64,000 bases of DNA, taken from Phycisphaerales bacterium. GTDB taxonomy: Bacteria; Planctomycetota; Phycisphaerae; Phycisphaerales; JAGLTS01. Numbering within the stretch: position 1 is the first letter of the stretch; the number at the start of each line of letters is the position of its first letter. The notes below the pieces were generated by a model. It was not told where the DNA came from and did no database searches. It saw only the letters and a list, made by a program, of their open reading frames with translations. A program made the position numbers and the translations under genes. Below, piece after piece: positions 60,107-64,000 of this stretch. The stretch is from positions 19,462 to 83,461 of the forward strand of contig JAGLTS010000013.1 of the NCBI GenBank assembly GCA_023135165.1. Direction: 5' to 3'.

Positions 60107-61831
60107 TCACACAACGAGCGGAACCAGGTCGAACTTCTCGACATCGACGAGGCCCTTGTCGGTGAGCTTGAGCTTGGGAATCACAGCGAGCGGCATGAAC
60201 GAAAGCGTCATGAACGGATCTTCGACGCTGCTGCCGAGCTTGTCGTATGCCTGATAGAGCGCCTGCTGCTGCGCGACGAGCGTCTCAGCGGGCTGATCGG
60301 ACATAAGCCCCGCGATGGGAAGCGGCAACACAGCGAGGACTTCGCCATCGCACACGACGACCTGTCCGCCCTGGGATTCACCGAGGGCTTTGGCGGCGAT
60401 GAGCATGTCGCGATCATTCGTGCCAAGGATGGTGAGGTTGTGCGAATCATGCCCGACGGTGCTGGCGAGCGCGCCGCGCTTCAGCCCGAACCCGTGGATG
60501 AAGCCCAGCCCGATGTTGCCCGTGCCGCGGTGACGTTCCACGACCGCGAGCTTGAGCAGATCACGATCGAGATTACAGACGATCAGGCCAGCCTCGACCT
60601 TCGGCTGCTCGATGCGCTCGGTTGTTGTGAGTTGGTGGAGCTGCATGCCGATCACGCGGATCTTGCCGCCCGTCGGCGGCGCGGGGATCTCGAACGATCG
60701 CTCGCTCAGATCGGCGGGCAGTCGCACGGTTTCCTTTGGTTTGCCCGTCGTCTCAGCGTGGTCGTTGGGAAGGTATCGTCCATCCTCCGCGACAAGCACG
60801 CCCGCGTGATAGACCTGCTTGATTCCAAACAATTCGAGATCGTCGAGAATCACCAGATCAGCCTGATACCCGGCGGTCACCGCGCCGGCGCGCGCTAGTC
60901 CGAAGTGCATCGCAGGGAAATGCGAACCGATCTGGATCGCGGTGACGGGCGGCATCCCGAGCGAGATCGCCTTGCGGACGACGTGGTCGATGTGTCCTTC
61001 GCGCATGATGTCCTGCGCGTGACGGTCATCGGTGCAGAAACAGAAGCGGTGCTTGTTGGCCTCCGTGACGAGCGGGAGAATCGCTTCGAGGTTCTTCGCT
61101 GCCGTCCCTTCGCGAATGAACACCTTGAGTCCGCTGCGCAGCTTCTCGCGCGCTTCGTCGAGCGAGGTGCTTTCATGATCGTTGCTGATCCCGGCCGCGA
61201 TGTAGGCCTGGAGCTGCCTTCCCGTCAGTCCGGGGCAATGGCCGTCCACACGCTTGACAAGCCCCACCGCGACCTTTTCGAGTACGTCGGGTACGCCAAA
61301 GATCACACCTGGGAAGTTCATCATCTCCCCGAGTGAGACAACGCTCTCATCTCGCATCAGCAGTTCGATGTCGGCGGCAGTGAGTGTGGCGCCTGCGGTC
61401 TCCATGTTCGTCGCGGGCACGCAGGAAGGCACAGCGATATACACACCGAGCGGCAGCCCGCGCGCAGCGTCGATCATGTAGCGCACGCCGTCCGCCCCGA
61501 GCACGTTCGCGATCTCATGCGGATCGATGATGACGCTTGTCGTCCCATGCGGCACAGCCAGTCGAGCGAACTGCGACGGAGGCAACATCGACGACTCCAT
61601 ATGCATGTGCGCATCGATCAGCCCGGGCGCGATGAACGCGCCGCCCAAGTCGATCGTCTTCACCGCCTTGTCGTAAGGCCCGACGCCTGCAATGTACCGC
61701 CCGGCGATCGCAACCGACGTTTCGTCGATCTCGCCGGTGAAGACGTTGACGACGCGCGCGTTTGTGAGGATCACGTCCGCCGGTTCGTCGCCGCGCGCCA
61801 CCGCAATCAGTTTCGCCATGTCCATCACCAT
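60107..61831 (-). CDS. ade: Adenine deaminase
   Basis: PGLIDAHMHMESS, DPHEIANV, GEMMNFPG, DGHCP, FCTDD, VGHDSHN, LAVIPKLKLTDKG. Confidence 0.95.
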   Translation of the reverse strand: MVMDMAKLIAVARGDEPADVILTNARVVNVFTGEIDETSVAIAGRYIAGVGPYDKAVKTIDLGGAFIAPGLIDAHMHMESSMLPPSQFARLAVPHGTTSVIIDPHEIANVLGADGVRYMIDAARGLPLGVYIAVPSCVPATNMETAGATLTAADIELLMRDESVVSLGEMMNFPGVIFGVPDVLEKVAVGLVKRVDGHCPGLTGRQLQAYIAAGISNDHESTSLDEAREKLRSGLKVFIREGTAAKNLEAILPLVTEANKHRFCFCTDDRHAQDIMREGHIDHVVRKAISLGMPPVTAIQIGSHFPAMHFGLARAGAVTAGYQADLVILDDLELFGIKQVYHAGVLVAEDGRYLPNDHAETTGKPKETVRLPADLSERSFEIPAPPTGGKIRVIGMQLHQLTTTERIEQPKVEAGLIVCNLDRDLLKLAVVERHRGTGNIGLGFIHGFGLKRGALASTVGHDSHNLTILGTNDRDMLIAAKALGESQGGQVVVCDGEVLAVLPLPIAGLMSDQPAETLVAQQQALYQAYDKLGSSVEDPFMTLSFMPLAVIPKLKLTDKGLVDVEKFDLVPLVV

Positions 61832-61844
61832 CGCACGTTTCCTT

Positions 61845-62429
61845 TCAGATTGACCACTCCAGCCAACGGGCCACATCGTCGGGCGTGTTGAGGTTGACCG
61901 CAACGTCCGCGTCGGACACGGGCACGCGCATCGCCGCCCCAGCCAACAGATGGTCAAGCCTGCGCGGCGACCCCGGCAGCGGATCGAGCACGGATGCCGT
62001 GACGAAACGCCAAGGCAGATACGCTGGATGCCCGCCCGATCCGTCGTACTCCGGAACGGCTGGATCATCCGCAGCCGCCAACACGCTCCACACCTCCGCG
62101 GAAACAACCGGCACATCGACCGGCAGAACAAACACACCTCTCGGCGGTGCATCGCACAGGCTCGTCACACCAACGACCAGACTGTCGAACAGCCGAGCAT
62201 CGGCATCCGAGAGCACCCGTCGAGCCGGTGCGTCATCCTCGCAGCGCAGTGCGGCTTCAACCCGATCCGACACCACCCATGTGCGCTCGATCCCAATCCG
62301 TTCAAGTCGATCCTCCTGCCATCGCCACCACGGCCTGCCCGCAACATCCGCGAGCGCTTTGGGACCGCCCATGCGCCTGCCGTGACCCGCCGCGAGCACG
62401 ATGACATGCGTACCGTCAAGAACGCCCAA
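61845..62429 (-). CDS. Molybdenum cofactor nucleotidyltransferase (MocA/MobA-like)
   Basis: VLAAGHGRRMGGPKAL, LPVDVP, GGHP, NLNTPDD. Confidence 0.8.
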   Translation of the reverse strand: MGVLDGTHVIVLAAGHGRRMGGPKALADVAGRPWWRWQEDRLERIGIERTWVVSDRVEAALRCEDDAPARRVLSDADARLFDSLVVGVTSLCDAPPRGVFVLPVDVPVVSAEVWSVLAAADDPAVPEYDGSGGHPAYLPWRFVTASVLDPLPGSPRRLDHLLAGAAMRVPVSDADVAVNLNTPDDVARWLEWSI

Positions 62430-63204
62430 TCCGTTGCGCCTCCATCAGCAGTTCCGCGGCAATCGACACAGCCACGAGACTCGGCGCCTTGCCGAACTTC
62501 CCGATGCCGATCGGACAATGAACCTGCTCGACCTGCTCGGTCGTGTACCCGCTCTCAACGAGCTTGCTGAAATGCGTCGCTCGCTTGCTCGCGCTCCCGA
62601 TCAGCCCCATGTACGCGGTGGGCACAGCCAGCACCTTACGGATGATGTCAAGATCGAGATCGTGCGAATACGTCATGACACACACAAGCGTCGATTCGGG
62701 CAACTCGTGCGCGAAGCGAACACCCGCATCGACATCCATGAGGCGCTGCACATCGGGGAATCGCTCCTTCGAGTTCCACTCGGCTCGATCATCCACAACG
62801 GTGATCGCCAGATCCGCGTCACGGAGCGTATGGACAAGCTCCTTTCCCACGTGGCCCGCGCCGAAGAGAACGAACCGCGCCGGTGAGCCGTGGTACTCGA
62901 AGAAGACCTGCATCGCGCCGCCGCAGCATTGGCCGGCGTCGGCGTCAAGCGCGTAGCGCTCGATGCCCGTCTTCCGCTCACGGTGGTATCGCCCGGCAGC
63001 CTCAAGCACGAGGTATTCCATCCGCCCGCCCCCCACCGTTCCCACGCGATCCTCCGCATCCGTCCCGGGAACCCAGAGCATCTTCGCGCCGGGACCTCGC
63101 GGCGCGCTGCCCTCCGCCTTGATGACCGTGATGAGAACATACGATCGACCGTGCCGGCTCAACTCAGCCGCCTTCGTGAGCACCAATGCATCCTGGTTCA
63201 TCAA
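62416..63204 (-). CDS. xdhC: Xanthine dehydrogenase accessory protein XdhC
   Basis: GSAPRGPGAKM, GTVGGGRME, GQCCGG, FGAGHVG, TYSHDLD, GLIGSASK, CPIG. Confidence 0.9.
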   Translation of the reverse strand: MMNQDALVLTKAAELSRHGRSYVLITVIKAEGSAPRGPGAKMLWVPGTDAEDRVGTVGGGRMEYLVLEAAGRYHRERKTGIERYALDADAGQCCGGAMQVFFEYHGSPARFVLFGAGHVGKELVHTLRDADLAITVVDDRAEWNSKERFPDVQRLMDVDAGVRFAHELPESTLVCVMTYSHDLDLDIIRKVLAVPTAYMGLIGSASKRATHFSKLVESGYTTEQVEQVHCPIGIGKFGKAPSLVAVSIAAELLMEAQRIGRS

Positions 63205-63229
63205 TCACCACTCCCAAACGTAGGATGGA

Positions 63230-64000
63230 CTACTCAAAGCCGGGGGCCGCGTCGCGCAGGCCGAAATATATGATGCGCGACAGCACGATCCGCCGATACC
63301 GGGCGGTCGAACGAACATCGTCGATCGGGCGTGTGTCCGAATCAACAGCAGGCAGAAGATCGTCCGGACTGCGCACGGTGCACCCGTCAGTCAGCAGCTT
63401 CTCAAGTGCCGGGCATCGACAGACAAAGGGCGCGACGCTGTTCGCCGCGACGACCCAGCCGGTCTGTTCATTGTGCGTAACCGCCATGCCGACCTTGCTG
63501 ATTGTCAGCGCTGCCCGCGAGCCGACCTTCTCGAACAACTCAACATCATAGGTCCGACGCGGTACACGAATGGCGGTGATGATCTGGTTCGGCATGCGCG
63601 CCGTCTGTTTGTATCCGTGGTAGTACCGGTCGAGCGGAACTTCGCATGTTCCCTGCTGTGATGCAAGGATGACCGTCGCGCCGTAGGCCAGGAGCGCGAG
63701 CACGCCGTCCGCAGCGGGCGATGCGTTGGCGATGTTCCCCGCCCAGGTACCTCGCATCTGGATCTGTATGGACCCGACTTGCCGAGCCGCTTGCTCCAGC
63801 AATGGAAACGCCTCGGCAACCGCGCGATCGGCCGCGACATCCCAATACGTCGCCATTCCGCCGATGTGTAGGGCGTCATCCGTCAAGCGCACCTCGCTCA
63901 ATTCACCAAGACGCGACAAATCAAGAAACGTACCCTCCCAGCGCCGCTGCTCATGCCAAGCGACGAGCAGATCCGTCCCGCCTGCGATCGGCGTGACGGT
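63230..64000 (-). CDS. Xanthine/CO dehydrogenase family FAD-binding subunit, 5'-truncated by the window edge
   Basis: Frame open to the edge (PIAGGTDLLV); QVGSIQIQMRGTWAGNIANASPAAD; PIDDVRSTARYR. Confidence 0.88.
   Translation of the reverse strand, partial: TVTPIAGGTDLLVAWHEQRRWEGTFLDLSRLGELSEVRLTDDALHIGGMATYWDVAADRAVAEAFPLLEQAARQVGSIQIQMRGTWAGNIANASPAADGVLALLAYGATVILASQQGTCEVPLDRYYHGYKQTARMPNQIITAIRVPRRTYDVELFEKVGSRAALTISKVGMAVTHNEQTGWVVAANSVAPFVCRCPALEKLLTDGCTVRSPDDLLPAVDSDTRPIDDVRSTARYRRIVLSRIIYFGLRDAAPGFE

Noticed and set aside
60107-64000. ade-mocA-xdhC-xdh cluster as a novel system
   Set aside because: Ordinary purine degradation and molybdoenzyme maturation operon

Overview
High-GC bacterial chromosomal segment. 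Gene content points to Planctomycetota, probably Phycisphaerae (inference): a groEL-groES-groEL-dnaJ-grpE cluster, a GFTLVELLVVI prepilin-like protein, CxxCGY..CPECG zinc-ribbon membrane proteins, and DUF1844/DUF4190 proteins. Most of the window is housekeeping: L,D-transpeptidase, gyrB, holB, tldD/tldE, pgi, hpt, chaperones, ftsY, ribH/nusB, a triple-FKBP PPIase, an M3 peptidase, ade, xanthine dehydrogenase genes and one tRNA-Ser(GCT). No transposase, integrase, phage gene, reverse transcriptase or CRISPR array was seen. Top candidate: a transmembrane Ser/Thr kinase (47065-50235, minus) whose C-terminal FGE-sulfatase/CLec domain ends in 72 nt with the codon pattern of a diversity-generating-retroelement (DGR) variable repeat. 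No template or RT lies in the window, so it would be a remote DGR target, i.e. a receptor kinase with a hypermutable ectodomain. A helically phased A-tract array sits upstream of it. Other points of note: an ALG10-like GT-C glycosyltransferase paired with a prenyl-phosphate phosphoribosyltransferase, an in-frame RibH-NusB fusion, a split FeoB operon under an MntR-type box, a paralog pair flanked by direct repeats, a sigma54-type promoter on the chaperone operon, and a Rok/H1-like basic protein. All assignments come from reading motifs by eye; no database searches were run.
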